Positions 30,297-40,983 of a stretch of DNA of 64,000 bases are shown here, piece by piece (within the stretch, counting starts at the first letter, position 1; each line of letters begins with the position of its first letter). The translations under genes were made by a program, and so were the position numbers. The notes under the pieces are model-generated. The model did not search any database. It was not told where the DNA came from and saw only the letters and a program-made list of their open reading frames with translations. The DNA comes from Ignavibacteriota bacterium. GTDB taxonomy: Bacteria; Bacteroidota; Ignavibacteria; Palsa-1295. Location: assembly GCA_963787835.1 (NCBI GenBank), contig CAWBEI010000002.1, positions 96,001 to 160,000 of the forward strand. Reading direction: 5' to 3'.

Positions 30297-31465
30297 GTTC
30301 TACAAACAAACGGCTCGCCATTGTTACGCAGGATCCAGCCAATTATGGCGGTGTGCTTCGGTTGGTGGAATATATCTACCGGCGAGCAGAAGCGGCGGGC
30401 CGTGAACCCACGATCCTTCACTATGCAAAATATACAGATCATCCGGAACTCCATGCTTCCTTAAGCAATCTTTTTCGAGGCGAGTTAAACTTAATGCCAA
30501 AAGAGAAAAAGTATGAATTTCGAGGAATGCGGACACACGCCATTGGCGCGTTTTTTCCGGAATGGGAACCACAACGAATACGATCGAACGCATTATGGCG
30601 GCGGGCTCTTTCTGAATACGATTCCTTTATACTCGTGACCGGTTCGGCACAAACCGGCCTGCCACAGGCGCAGAGCGGGAAAGAATTTATTGCATGGATC
30701 TCAGCTACTGTTGAAGACGATCGTCGGAAACGACTTTCGAATGATCGTGGCATTACGAATTGGATAGAACGGGCTGGGTTATCTGCGATTCTTAAAGCAG
30801 AATCCGGGGTATTAAGATCGGCGACACGGTTGCTGGTGGTAAGTAATGATACTCAGGCGCACGTTGCGAAAACTTCTGGCCGAGCGGCGGAAGTATGGCC
30901 TTTCCCCGTTGATACTAATAAGTTTGGTCAGGGAAATGGGCGAGACAAATCTACAAAACCAAATTTTCTTTTTGTTGGCAGAGCAAATGACCCCCGGAAA
31001 CGTATCGAGCTATTTCTTGCAGCCGCAATCAACCTCAGACGAATGCATCCGGAACTTGATTTTTCCGTAACGATCGTCTCATCGGTTGCACCAGACCTTC
31101 GCAATGTACCGGTTCGTTCTGAATGGCTGGCGAATGTCACAGAGGAAAAATTGATCGACTTATATCGAAGTTCAACTGCTCTGATTCTCACGAGCGAACA
31201 AGAAGGACTCGGCATTGCAGCCATGGAGGCGATGGCTTGTGGCCTGCCAGTCATTTCGACCCGATGCGGAGGACCAGAAACATTTATCGAGGATGGAGCC
31301 AGCGGCTTCTTTGTAGCGGACAATGCGGAAGCCTTTGCAGGGTGCATGTTCGAATTATCAGCGAATGAGTCCCTTCAAACAACGATCAGCGAAGCCGCAA
31401 GAAATCGAATTGTGAATGATTTTAGCGAAAATTTTTGGAACGCCAAATTTGAAGGACTTTTATGA
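30293..31465 (+). CDS. GT4-family glycosyltransferase
   Basis: FLFVGRA, TSEQEGLGIAAMEAMACGLPVIST..GGP (EX7E). Confidence 0.9.
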   Translation: MSSTNKRLAIVTQDPANYGGVLRLVEYIYRRAEAAGREPTILHYAKYTDHPELHASLSNLFRGELNLMPKEKKYEFRGMRTHAIGAFFPEWEPQRIRSNALWRRALSEYDSFILVTGSAQTGLPQAQSGKEFIAWISATVEDDRRKRLSNDRGITNWIERAGLSAILKAESGVLRSATRLLVVSNDTQAHVAKTSGRAAEVWPFPVDTNKFGQGNGRDKSTKPNFLFVGRANDPRKRIELFLAAAINLRRMHPELDFSVTIVSSVAPDLRNVPVRSEWLANVTEEKLIDLYRSSTALILTSEQEGLGIAAMEAMACGLPVISTRCGGPETFIEDGASGFFVADNAEAFAGCMFELSANESLQTTISEAARNRIVNDFSENFWNAKFEGLL

Positions 31466-31546
31466 AATCCGGCAAAGATAATTCATTGATTGTTGAAAAT
31501 CTTTGAACTCTGCCAAGTATTAGACGGTTTTATTGTCAGGTCAGGT

Positions 31547-31571
31547 TATTAAGACGAGATTCGTCTTAATA
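31547..31571. promoter_or_regulatory. Perfect 11-bp inverted repeat (operator or hairpin)
   Basis: tattaagacga-gat-tcgtcttaata in the intergenic region upstream of the esterase. Confidence 0.35.
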
Positions 31572-31691
31572 CAATCGGCGTCCGTCGCCGGTATGGTTCA
31601 GTTCTCTAACAGTTCATGCCAGAGTTGCTCAGTGTAAGGGTCATTAACTGTGCAATTGCAATGCAAACGTCAATTTTGATCGAGAGTCAAA

Positions 31692-32789
31692 ATGTACTTT
31701 AGAAAATGCTTCCCTTTCGTTGCCGTACTTTGTTCCATTTTTCCCGCATCCTCGCGATTGTGCGCACAACCCTCCGAAAATTATGAATTCGTTTGTGTGG
31801 ACTGGCATTTAGCAGGAATCTCAGAATATCAACACAACTGGCACAATGCCATCGATTATTATCAGAAAGTGATCCAGGAAAGCATGCCTTTGCCACTCGA
31901 AATTCGGGAATGGTATCGGGGTACAGCGTTCTATGGCATTGCCCGATGCGACTGTCAATTAGGGAAAGATACATCCATCGTTCGAACGGCACTCGAAAAA
32001 GCATTCTCGCATCATTTCTGGAACTTTGAACTTGCTGCCGCCGACTCTCAACTGATGGTCGGCTGTGGTGGCAGATCCTGGCTTGACTCCCAATCCCAGC
32101 ATTGGAAGGATATATTTCTTGAAGAGAAACCGCTGTGGCAAGACCAACCGCCGATCATTTTCTATCCCGATGGGTACGATTCTTCGGCTCGATGGCCGCT
32201 TATTATTGCTCTTCATGGCGGGAATGGTAATTATGAGAGCTTTGCGGAACATTGGCGAGGCATGTCGAACGATCTGAAAGCAGTGATAGCAATCCCGGCG
32301 GGGGTGCTTCGCGAGTCGCAGATCACTAATTCCTGGGGATCCGATATAGGTTTGGTGGAGAAGCCAATTCTGAATTTGGTGTCAGAAATGACTTCAAAGC
32401 ATTTAGTTGATCCCTCCAAGGTCTATCTTGCCGGGTTCTCTCAAGGAGCTCAGGCTGCTATGGAATTGGCCGTCTTGAGGCCGAAGATATTTAGAGGAGC
32501 AATTGCGATGTCGGGATTTGTCGATCGCTCCATTCCAGACTCGGTACTTCGAATCGCTCACTACTGCAGCGTTCGAATGTATGCCATCACCGGTGAAGAT
32601 GAGGGACTGGCCTTTCGTAATCAGATCGATGCGTTTCACACAATCTGCACAAAAGCTGGAATTCCCTTCGAATTGAAGATACTCCCGGATATGGTGCACG
32701 AAGTCCCGCTGGATTTTCACAACCAATTCCTGCAGGCGTGGGAGTGGATGAGGCCACCACAACAAGCCAATCGGCAACCCGAGAAATAA
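31692..32789 (+). CDS. Secreted alpha/beta-hydrolase (phospholipase/carboxylesterase) with N-terminal TPR-like region
   Basis: PLIIALHGG, YLAGFSQGA (GxSxG), GED, MVHEV; AIDYYQK..FYGIARC helical repeats. Confidence 0.8.
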   Translation: MYFRKCFPFVAVLCSIFPASSRLCAQPSENYEFVCVDWHLAGISEYQHNWHNAIDYYQKVIQESMPLPLEIREWYRGTAFYGIARCDCQLGKDTSIVRTALEKAFSHHFWNFELAAADSQLMVGCGGRSWLDSQSQHWKDIFLEEKPLWQDQPPIIFYPDGYDSSARWPLIIALHGGNGNYESFAEHWRGMSNDLKAVIAIPAGVLRESQITNSWGSDIGLVEKPILNLVSEMTSKHLVDPSKVYLAGFSQGAQAAMELAVLRPKIFRGAIAMSGFVDRSIPDSVLRIAHYCSVRMYAITGEDEGLAFRNQIDAFHTICTKAGIPFELKILPDMVHEVPLDFHNQFLQAWEWMRPPQQANRQPEK

Positions 32790-32871
32790 GCTGAACCCTC
32801 TCGACGATAAGAGCGTTTGACGGTACCGCCAGAAAAAACAGGTACTGGCAACATAGATTTTAGGTTACATT

Positions 32872-33075
32872 ATGGCAAAGCAACAAACATTTGGTGATAA
32901 ATTAAAGAAGCAATCCGTCGAACGCGTAGAGTTCGTACCGCAACTCGGAAAAAAGGCAAAATTGAGCCCCGTTCGTTTGATCGGAGTTTCAAAAAGTGCG
33001 ACGGGTTATAAGTTCGAGGATCGTATTGCTCGCATAGCCGAACCAGAGGGCGGCGGTGAGGCAATTATTGTCTAA
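32872..33075 (+). CDS. Small basic protein, DUF4295/bL38-like
   Basis: MAK.QTFGDK..K and VRLI..SKSATGYKFEDR resemble DUF4295; lies near rpsR-rpmB. Confidence 0.5.
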   Translation: MAKQQTFGDKLKKQSVERVEFVPQLGKKAKLSPVRLIGVSKSATGYKFEDRIARIAEPEGGGEAIIV

Positions 33076-34005
33076 ATGAGAATAGTATCGCTTCTTCCGA
33101 GTGCGACAGAAATATGTTTTGCACTCGGGTTAGGTGATATGGTTGTTGGTGTCACGCATGAGTGTGATTACCCTTCAGAAGCTCTCACCAAGGCGAAAGT
33201 CACGTCCTCGCCGACTCACAAAGGACTTAGCAGCCGCGAGATCGATAACCTCGTTCGTAGTCAATTAGACGCTTCCGGGTCGATCTATGGCCTCGATGTT
33301 GAGAAATTAGAGGAGCTTAGACCCAACCTCATCCTGACACAACGCCTATGCACAGTATGTGCAGTATCGATCGAACAGGTTCAGGAAGTTGCTGCCAATC
33401 TAAGCTCAAAACCAAAAGTAGTAAACCTTGAGCCGCGAACCATGGGCGAGGTTTTTCTTAGCATTAGAACTGTTGCTCAGTTATGTAATAGAACCATCGA
33501 ATCTGCGCCCATTATTGCAGCACTGGAGGCCCGTTACAGAAATGTGAAGCACCTTGTTCGCGGACTTCGGCTACCGGCCCCGAAAGTCATGGTACTGGAA
33601 TGGATCGATCCTCCTTTTGCGAGCGGGCACTGGATTCCTGAAATTGTATCGAAAGCTGGCGGAGAGAACAGTATCTCCTTCAAAGAAAGGCCTTCTCGCG
33701 AGGTTTCCTGGATGGACGTAATAAAATCCAGGGTCGATTTCCTCATTTTTGCTGCTTGCGGGATGGGGGTGGGATGGCAAAAAAAAGAAATCGAAATTAT
33801 CTTGGCCCAACTTCGGTTGAATGGCCTCACGCGTGAAAGCCTGGGCACTTCAAGCATGTGGATCTGCGATGGATCACAGTATTTTTCGAGGCCGGGACCA
33901 CGCTTAGTCGAAACAACAGAATTACTCGCAACCATCCTGCATCCTGAACTTAGAGTCGAATTTGGCTCAAAATTTCGTGCAGGAGTGGATTACGAACAAG
34001 TTTAG
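33076..34005 (+). CDS. BtuF/Fe-siderophore-type helical-backbone binding protein without signal peptide
   Basis: MRIVSLLPSATEI..LG..VGVTHECDYP, LEWIDP...GHWIPE, YFSRPGPRL. Confidence 0.85.
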   Translation: MRIVSLLPSATEICFALGLGDMVVGVTHECDYPSEALTKAKVTSSPTHKGLSSREIDNLVRSQLDASGSIYGLDVEKLEELRPNLILTQRLCTVCAVSIEQVQEVAANLSSKPKVVNLEPRTMGEVFLSIRTVAQLCNRTIESAPIIAALEARYRNVKHLVRGLRLPAPKVMVLEWIDPPFASGHWIPEIVSKAGGENSISFKERPSREVSWMDVIKSRVDFLIFAACGMGVGWQKKEIEIILAQLRLNGLTRESLGTSSMWICDGSQYFSRPGPRLVETTELLATILHPELRVEFGSKFRAGVDYEQV

Positions 34006-34008
34006 AAT

Positions 34009-34359
34009 ATGGCTCAACCACGTACTACAACCATGACCGGCGGCCGCAACGGGCAGTCACGCACTGGCGGCAACAGCCGAGATTCTCGGCAAGGGAATAA
34101 CGCAAACGGCTATGGCAACCGCAACCAAAATCAGCGCGAGCAGCAAAAAAGCAAACCAGATCCGCTGAAGCTCCGGGATATCACGTATCTCGATTATCGA
34201 GATATTCGTATCCTCGAGCGCTTCCTGAACGATCGCGGTAAATTGCTGCCAAATCGCATTACGGCTGTGAGCGCCAAGGGCCAGCGTACCCTCGAAACTG
34301 CCGTGAAGCATGCGCGCCATTTAGCGCTATTGCCCTTCGTTGCAGAAGGAATGAAATAA
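34009..34359 (+). CDS. rpsR: 30S ribosomal protein bS18 (no cysteines; N-terminal G/N/R-rich extension)
   Basis: [26 protein letters not shown]....VK.AR.LALLPF. Confidence 0.93.
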   Translation: MAQPRTTTMTGGRNGQSRTGGNSRDSRQGNNANGYGNRNQNQREQQKSKPDPLKLRDITYLDYRDIRILERFLNDRGKLLPNRITAVSAKGQRTLETAVKHARHLALLPFVAEGMK

Positions 34360-34380
34360 TTTTTTAGAGAAAGAAAGATC

Positions 34381-34596
34381 ATGTCACGAATTTGTGAATT
34401 AACGGGTGCAAGAACCCATGCCGGCAACCACGTATCGCACGCGGTTAACCGATCGAAGAAGAGAATCCTTCCCAACCTTCAGACCAAACGTGTATGGGAT
34501 GATTCCGAAGGAAAATTTGTAACGATCCGGGCTACGGCTCGTGCGTTGCGAACGCTCGATAAAAAGGGCCTCCGAGCCATGCGCGCAGCGCAATAG
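34381..34596 (+). CDS. rpmB: 50S ribosomal protein bL28
   Basis: MSRICELTG...GNHVSHA.NRSK...PNLQ..ALRTLDKKG. Confidence 0.95.
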   Translation: MSRICELTGARTHAGNHVSHAVNRSKKRILPNLQTKRVWDDSEGKFVTIRATARALRTLDKKGLRAMRAAQ

Positions 34597-34615
34597 TATC
34601 ATCCCCAATATATCT

Positions 34616-34677
34616 CGGCGGCATGATCTATAGCCGCCGTAATAGCTGGCGCGGCACATCGTCTCGATACCGCGCCA
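34616..34677 (+). terminator. Two GC-rich hairpins after rpmB (possible terminator or REP-like)
   Basis: cggcggc/gccgccg and tggcgcgg/ccgcgcca stems. Confidence 0.4.
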
Positions 34678-34686
34678 CTACTGTTT

Positions 34687-35721
34687 ATGGCTGTTTCCTC
34701 ACTGAAACCCGTTGAATTATTTTTTCGAAGAGCATTTCTTTGGTGCTTGCAAAGAATAGGTGGTTTCCGTCAGCCTCAAAATAGTAAAATTCCTGCTTCT
34801 CCCTCGATCCTGATCCTTCGTCAGGATCGCCTCGGCGATGTGCTCATGAGCACTTTTTTCCTTTCTGCGTTGCACGAACGCTATCCAAACTCTCGAATGG
34901 CAATCTTGCTCGGAAGGAATAATGAAGAAGTCATTCCATTGCTCCCGTTTCCGATCGAGACTTTTGTTTATCGCAAGAATTTTTTCGCGGATATCAGGTT
35001 GCTTAGGAACATCCGGCAAATCCATTTCGATGTCGCGATCGATATGACGGATAAGGCAAGCGTGACTTCTTCCATTTTACTTGCGAAGATCGGAGCAAAA
35101 ATACGAGTCGGCATCCAGAAAGAGAATAGTGTGGTATATGATATTACCGTCCCCAGACCAAGCCAAATGGACGTTCATATCACGGAACGAGTTGCGGAAT
35201 TGCTACGACCCTTCGGCATTGATCCTGCAACGGTTGATCGGCGGCCCCATCTAAAATTAGAGGTTCAACGACAGAATGGAAGAATAGGACTAAATATCTC
35301 TTCCCGAACGCCTGATCGTTCTGCTCCAACTAAGGCAAGCGCAGAAATTGCCTTGGGCGCTTTGGGATTTGGATTTTCTGAAATTCTGGTGTTATGCGCT
35401 CCGCATGACCGCCAGCGAGGTGAAGAAACTGTCCGCTTAGCGAACGATCCGCACATTCATCTTGCTGAACACATGCCAACATTTGCCCAATTTGCACAGC
35501 AAATAGCGAGTTGCGAGTATCTCATCACCGTCGATACATCAGTTATTCAAATTGCGGCCGCTGCCAATATTCCAATGGTCTTAATGTTTAGGCCAATGAA
35601 TGACGAGCATCCCTGGACTCCCGTGGGGGTGCCATTTGAGCTTTATACGCAGTATCCTTCGCTAACGGAGCTCGAACCACAGCCCGTTCTCAACCTGTTC
35701 AAGAAACTTATCGGGCGTTGA
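34687..35721 (+). CDS. GT9-family (heptosyltransferase-like) glycosyltransferase
   Basis: ILILRQDRLGDVLMST, LITVDTSVIQIAAA..P. Confidence 0.88.
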   Translation: MAVSSLKPVELFFRRAFLWCLQRIGGFRQPQNSKIPASPSILILRQDRLGDVLMSTFFLSALHERYPNSRMAILLGRNNEEVIPLLPFPIETFVYRKNFFADIRLLRNIRQIHFDVAIDMTDKASVTSSILLAKIGAKIRVGIQKENSVVYDITVPRPSQMDVHITERVAELLRPFGIDPATVDRRPHLKLEVQRQNGRIGLNISSRTPDRSAPTKASAEIALGALGFGFSEILVLCAPHDRQRGEETVRLANDPHIHLAEHMPTFAQFAQQIASCEYLITVDTSVIQIAAAANIPMVLMFRPMNDEHPWTPVGVPFELYTQYPSLTELEPQPVLNLFKKLIGR

Positions 35722-35751
35722 CACGCTAAAGCCTGTCTTACAAGGAAATTA

Positions 35752-37590
35752 ATGCTCATTCGATTATATAAGAAGCTTCTACCCTTCGCCCGGCCTTATA
35801 CCGGGAAGATCATTGTTGCCTCGATTCTGAATATCCTTAGCAACCTGGTTGGAAGTATCAATCTTTTTGCCATTATACCGATTATTAGCGTCATACTCGG
35901 TGAGTCTAATAAACTGACAGCCTCACCCGCTTTATCACAAACATGGTCTCAGAAAGTGGTAAACACCTTCACAAGTTATTTCATTGGATCGACTGCAGAC
36001 ATTTCTCTTTTTCGAGTTTGTACTTTCATTTTCGTTACCTATCTTTTAAAGAATATCCTTGAATATCTTTACAAGTATATCATGGTGTTGGTCGAGAACG
36101 GAATGGTACGAAGCCTTCGCGATACCGTATTCGAAAAACTTTCGACGTTGTCGCTTGATTATTACTATGATCGCAAATCGGGCCACTTGCTCAGCCGATT
36201 GACAAATGATGTCTCGGTCGTGAATGGCACGTTATCCAGCAGCATCATGACCTATGTGGGACAGCCTGTTTCTATCGCTGTCATTTTGGGTGGTATGTTG
36301 CTGATCAGCCCACGAATGACCTTTGTTTGTTTCGTGATTGCGTTGCTCAGCCTTTGGCTTGTGCGTTTGTTTGGGACGACGATCAAGCGAATGAGTCATA
36401 AGCTCCAAAATCTTTTGGGAGACATTCTTTCCGTCGCTCAGGAAATGATCAGCGGTGTTAAGGTCGTGAAATCGTTCGGAATGGAACGCTACGAAGTTGA
36501 CCGCTTCAAAACCGAAACGAAGAAACACTACGATGGCAGCCGCCGTCTGGCTCGCATTCGTAATCTCACAAGTCCCATCAACGAGACGCTTGCAGTACTC
36601 GGATTCATTGGCATTCTTTGGTTTGGAGGGCACGAAGTACTTGCGCATCAGATGATCGGAGCCGGGCTTATCTTTTTCCTTATTGCCCTCATCTCATTAA
36701 TGCAGCCGATCAAAACATTAAGTGAACTCAATACAAAACTGTATGAGGGCTCTGCTGCAGCCGAAAACCTTTTTTCCATACTTGATGCCGAACCCAGCGT
36801 AAAGCCCGGACTGATCAGTGTGCCTCGCGAGATTTCCGAGCCGATCACCTTTGAGAACGTCTCATTTCACTATCGCTCCACAACGGAAAATGCGATCGAT
36901 GGGATCGAACTCGAAATATATCCGAATGAAGTGCTCGCGCTTGTAGGACCAAGTGGTGCGGGCAAAACCACGCTTGTTGATCTGCTCGTCAGATTTTACG
37001 ATCCAACCCAGGGAAGAATTTTGCTGGGTAAGCAGGACATTCGCGATTTCGATTTTGAAAGTCTTCGCGCACTGTTCGGTATCGTTACTCAGGATACGCT
37101 TCTTTTTCACGATACCATCCTGAACAATATCGCCTACGGCAACCGGGATGCTTCCCAGAAGATGATCTTCGATGCGGCCAAGGCCGCGAACGCTCACGAT
37201 TTTATCTTACAATTGCCCGATGGTTACCAAACTTTAGTGGGCGACCGTGGCGTGAGGCTTTCCGGCGGCCAAAGGCAGCGCATTGCAATTGCCAGAGCAT
37301 TGCTTAAGGATCCTCCCGTTCTGATTTTTGATGAAGCAACAAGCGCACTCGATACTGAAAATGAAATGCTCGTGCAGGAAGCGATCCAGAACTTGCTTCA
37401 TCACCGAACCGCAGTGGTGATCGCGCACCGGCTTTCTACTATTCAGCAAGCTGACCGAATCGTGGTCGTGGACAAAGGCAAGATCGTCGAAATGGGAACT
37501 CATGAGGAACTGCTCATGCAAGAGGATGGGCTCTATCGCCGTCTCTATATGATCCAGTCACCGGTTGGGACTGAAGCGATCACTACGTAG
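35752..37590 (+). CDS. msbA: MsbA-like ABC exporter
   Basis: ABC membrane domain (SRLTNDV), [32 protein letters not shown]; located in an LPS gene cluster. Confidence 0.85.
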   Translation: MLIRLYKKLLPFARPYTGKIIVASILNILSNLVGSINLFAIIPIISVILGESNKLTASPALSQTWSQKVVNTFTSYFIGSTADISLFRVCTFIFVTYLLKNILEYLYKYIMVLVENGMVRSLRDTVFEKLSTLSLDYYYDRKSGHLLSRLTNDVSVVNGTLSSSIMTYVGQPVSIAVILGGMLLISPRMTFVCFVIALLSLWLVRLFGTTIKRMSHKLQNLLGDILSVAQEMISGVKVVKSFGMERYEVDRFKTETKKHYDGSRRLARIRNLTSPINETLAVLGFIGILWFGGHEVLAHQMIGAGLIFFLIALISLMQPIKTLSELNTKLYEGSAAAENLFSILDAEPSVKPGLISVPREISEPITFENVSFHYRSTTENAIDGIELEIYPNEVLALVGPSGAGKTTLVDLLVRFYDPTQGRILLGKQDIRDFDFESLRALFGIVTQDTLLFHDTILNNIAYGNRDASQKMIFDAAKAANAHDFILQLPDGYQTLVGDRGVRLSGGQRQRIAIARALLKDPPVLIFDEATSALDTENEMLVQEAIQNLLHHRTAVVIAHRLSTIQQADRIVVVDKGKIVEMGTHEELLMQEDGLYRRLYMIQSPVGTEAITT

Positions 37591-38464
37591 CAATTCTTCT
37601 CTCAATTTCAACCCTCTTCGAGTTCTTCCCTACTCCAAGGTGATTCGCCGCCTGAAAAACCGCAACGTGGTATCCTCTGATCTGGCATTGTCGTGAGTAG
37701 AACCAGTCCTCGGATGCCAACTCGCTAATGCCTTCAGCAATTGGTGGATAACCTGTTTCATGAAAGAACCCTGTGGGAATGATATTAAACTGACCATTGA
37801 AGGTGGCCCGGATCTTGATCTCCTCAGATAATCCGTCAACCATGACATTCACTTTCTTGATTGTTGGATGATTGCGCTCCTCGATCTCATCATCAGTCAT
37901 ATTTATTACTTTGACCTTCTGATCCCGCAACGCATCGAACAAGCCAATGGCTTCTTTCACAAATGGCCGAATTATTTCGAGATCGTCATCAAGCCACACA
38001 ATATAAGCCGGGAATTCCATAGCGAGAATTTTTAACGCTTGCTTTAAAGCAAATGCTTTTTGCCATTGAGGAACATCGTTATGTCTGTTAAGCAACACCT
38101 TCTGGAGCTTGCCCTCCCTATGCATGTGGGTAAGCATTTCGGCAGTTCCATCCGTACTTCCATTGTCGACGACAAGCAGTGGCAGTTCGGGCTCATGTTC
38201 TCTCAACGTTCTGATTGTGTGAGCGGTCATCTCCTTTCTATCAAACGTAAACATCACACCCCAGGTCGAGCTGCCTCCAGCGATGTTCTCGAAATCAGGC
38301 ACATCGTTAACTAAACGGGACTCGATCCGCCGGAATACACCATCTACCTCCTTCTTCAACTCCCTACGATATTTACTCAGCAATTTTTTCGTGCGAATAT
38401 TATAGAGCAGGAAGGCTGCAACATTCACTGCGGCGAGAATGAGAAAAGCGATGGGCTCTGACAT
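37583..38464 (-). CDS. GT2-family glycosyltransferase with N-terminal TM anchor
   Basis: VVDNGSTDGT, WLDDD, SEDW. Confidence 0.8.
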   Translation of the reverse strand: MSEPIAFLILAAVNVAAFLLYNIRTKKLLSKYRRELKKEVDGVFRRIESRLVNDVPDFENIAGGSSTWGVMFTFDRKEMTAHTIRTLREHEPELPLLVVDNGSTDGTAEMLTHMHREGKLQKVLLNRHNDVPQWQKAFALKQALKILAMEFPAYIVWLDDDLEIIRPFVKEAIGLFDALRDQKVKVINMTDDEIEERNHPTIKKVNVMVDGLSEEIKIRATFNGQFNIIPTGFFHETGYPPIAEGISELASEDWFYSRQCQIRGYHVAVFQAANHLGVGKNSKRVEIERRIAT

Positions 38465-38482
38465 ACGTAGTCCTAAAAAAAA

Positions 38483-39730
38483 TTAATGATTTTCAGAATA
38501 GTTTTGATTTTCCACGCTATTCTCCGTTGACTGCGATGGCATTAATTGCGTGGCTACACGTATAACATCTTCGATAGGGATCGTTGAGACAGGCTCACCT
38601 AATGTGGGAATCAAAACTACATGCGGCACCATGTGGGGCGGCCAGCCATGTTCGAACGGATATAAACCAACAACTGGCCGTTGCTCAGCGGAAGCAATAT
38701 GAATCACAGAGGTATCTGGGGAAATCACCACATCTGCACCGCGGACCACTGCTATTAATTCAAATATCGATTGAGTCCTTTGTAGATGAAGATGTGCAAC
38801 AGGGTTTTTCAACAAAAATTCCTCAGCTTGTCTTGTATTGACGGTGGATGTTGTCCAAATAATCGAATAATCTGGATAGCGCTCGATCAACAGTTTGCAG
38901 AGCGTCAGAGAGTTGGAATACCCAAATTCCTTGAAATTAGTTTTTGCTTCCAAATTGACATGAATATAGCCTTTGGTTCCATCATTTTGAAGATACGTAT
39001 CAATTTGAGAGCTGATGTGACCCACGATTACATCCGGCACAATAAGGGATGGTCTCCATTCTGCATCCGTCACGGAAATGGCAAACGTCTCTTCAAAATG
39101 CCTTCGCATAAACTTCATTATTGGATCGCGCCCTTCTCGAAGAGCTGTCGGAATGCAAATGGAGAAGAGTTTTTCATACCGTTCGCGCGGATCCCTTTCA
39201 GCCAAAACCATGCTGGAGAGCGCAGACGGTGCGAACAGCTTTGAAAGGAGCGCCATCTTCGTTTTTTTGTTATAGATCATTGGCAGGACTACGTCCCACT
39301 TCTGCTTTCTCGTCTCACGCGCGGTCATGAGAACGTGTTTCAGAGTCACAGCACTGCAGTCATAACGATAATCCACATCAGGATCAGATGAGATGATCGG
39401 TAAATTCCGAAAGCTTCCAACCACCCCGATCCTAATAGTGGGGTGCTTACTTTTGAGAATCCTCCAGAACGGCGTTGTTAGCACCATATCTCCAATCGCG
39501 TCATTTCGAATGATCAAAATGTTATGAATGGTATGAGGATCGAGTGGGGAAGTAGCTTTTCGCGGAGCGATCAATCGGCCGAGCGTACCTACAAAGAGAA
39601 CTTTACCCATTTTCTCTACCTTCTTTGCCAGGCGACGTCGCAGGGGAGTACCAAGTATATGGTCGTGATGTCTCCTGCGCTTGCGATACGTCTTCCGGAG
39701 CTTACGTTCGCTGTTTTTATCAGTCTTCAT
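38483..39730 (-). CDS. GT9-family glycosyltransferase
   Basis: IRNDAIGDMVLTTP, SPDTSVIHIASA..PVVGLY. Confidence 0.88.
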   Translation of the reverse strand: MKTDKNSERKLRKTYRKRRRHHDHILGTPLRRRLAKKVEKMGKVLFVGTLGRLIAPRKATSPLDPHTIHNILIIRNDAIGDMVLTTPFWRILKSKHPTIRIGVVGSFRNLPIISSDPDVDYRYDCSAVTLKHVLMTARETRKQKWDVVLPMIYNKKTKMALLSKLFAPSALSSMVLAERDPRERYEKLFSICIPTALREGRDPIMKFMRRHFEETFAISVTDAEWRPSLIVPDVIVGHISSQIDTYLQNDGTKGYIHVNLEAKTNFKEFGYSNSLTLCKLLIERYPDYSIIWTTSTVNTRQAEEFLLKNPVAHLHLQRTQSIFELIAVVRGADVVISPDTSVIHIASAEQRPVVGLYPFEHGWPPHMVPHVVLIPTLGEPVSTIPIEDVIRVATQLMPSQSTENSVENQNYSENH

Positions 39731-40983
39731 TAGGCTTGTTCCGATAAAGTATTTTGCATTCGCTCAATCGGCCGCTCATTACCGTGCTGTCTTCTGTGTT
39801 CGGCCAACAGTTCCAAACACGCTTCGAGCACCGTGCCAACAGGAATGCTCGAAACAGGCTGTTCTCGCTCTGCGATCAACAGACGATTCGGCGTCTTATA
39901 TGGCGGCCATTCATGGCGAACTGGATACAGCGCAACAACAGGACGATTGAATGCTGATGCTATATGCACAATAGAAGTATCCGGTGTAACAACCAAAGCG
40001 GCCCCTTTAACCAGCGCAAGAAGTTCGTGGAGACTGCCGGTCTTGAAATAATGAACGCTTGGAACTCGTTGTTCCTTCAGGAATGCTTCGATCTCCTGTG
40101 CCGCCTGAGGTGAGGATGTCCAAAGGATGGAAACTTCGGGGAATTCTTCGATGAGTTTTCGGGACAATTCGAGCGAAGCATTCATCCCATATTCCTTAAA
40201 AGCCGTCTTCGCTTCAAGATTGATGTGAAAATATTGAGAGGACGTGTCTGATTCAAGCAAATCTTTAATCCGATCATTGACTCGTCGGACTGCATCGGGA
40301 TTGGGATAGAGTGCAGGTTTCCAGTCTTCATGAGCGATCTGCATAGTTAACACTCCCATCAAGTGGACACGCATTTGCTCGATCATTTCAATTTCATTTG
40401 AGCGATAGGGCGATTCTACAACCAAAGAAAACAGTTTACGCCTTTTCTCAACATCCTCGCCAAATGGAACAAGCGTACTCGATATGCTATGCGGGGCAAG
40501 AAACCGTGCAACGACAGCCTGTCTTGTTTGACGATAATACACCATCGGCATCACGAGATCCCATTTTTCCTTCGCAATTTGCTTTTTTGCATTCCACATC
40601 GCTTTCCAATCTCCTTCCGAAGCATCGAATATTCGGTCAACATTGGGGTCATGTTCAAGTAAAGGGAGATTGCGGAAACTGCCTGCCACACCGATGCGAA
40701 TGTGAGGAAATTGCTGCTTCACCGCTCGCCAAACCGGCGTTGTCAAGACCATATCACCGATCGCATCGTTGCGAATAAAAAGCATGCTCTGCACAGAATA
40801 AGGGTCGAGCGGATCAGCAACATGTTTCACGCGAAGCATTTTCCCGAGCAAGCCAGTCCAAAGGAACTTGTTCACTCTTTCGACAACCCTGATAAGTCGC
40901 CTATGGGGCGGGATGCCGAAGAACCTATCCTTGTGCCGACGCCGCTTCGAATAGGTCTTCTCATGCCTTTCTTTCAAAGCCAT
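39730..40983 (-). CDS. GT9-family glycosyltransferase
   Basis: IRNDAIGDMVLTTP, TPDTSIVHIASAF. Start set at ATG 40983 (MALKERH) to match the paralog and avoid overlap. Confidence 0.87.
   Translation of the reverse strand: MALKERHEKTYSKRRRHKDRFFGIPPHRRLIRVVERVNKFLWTGLLGKMLRVKHVADPLDPYSVQSMLFIRNDAIGDMVLTTPVWRAVKQQFPHIRIGVAGSFRNLPLLEHDPNVDRIFDASEGDWKAMWNAKKQIAKEKWDLVMPMVYYRQTRQAVVARFLAPHSISSTLVPFGEDVEKRRKLFSLVVESPYRSNEIEMIEQMRVHLMGVLTMQIAHEDWKPALYPNPDAVRRVNDRIKDLLESDTSSQYFHINLEAKTAFKEYGMNASLELSRKLIEEFPEVSILWTSSPQAAQEIEAFLKEQRVPSVHYFKTGSLHELLALVKGAALVVTPDTSIVHIASAFNRPVVALYPVRHEWPPYKTPNRLLIAEREQPVSSIPVGTVLEACLELLAEHRRQHGNERPIERMQNTLSEQA

Noticed and set aside
32790-32871. Possible cobalamin riboswitch or Zur box upstream of the BtuF-like/ribosomal cluster
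   Set aside because: The region is too short for the riboswitch and no convincing consensus is visible.
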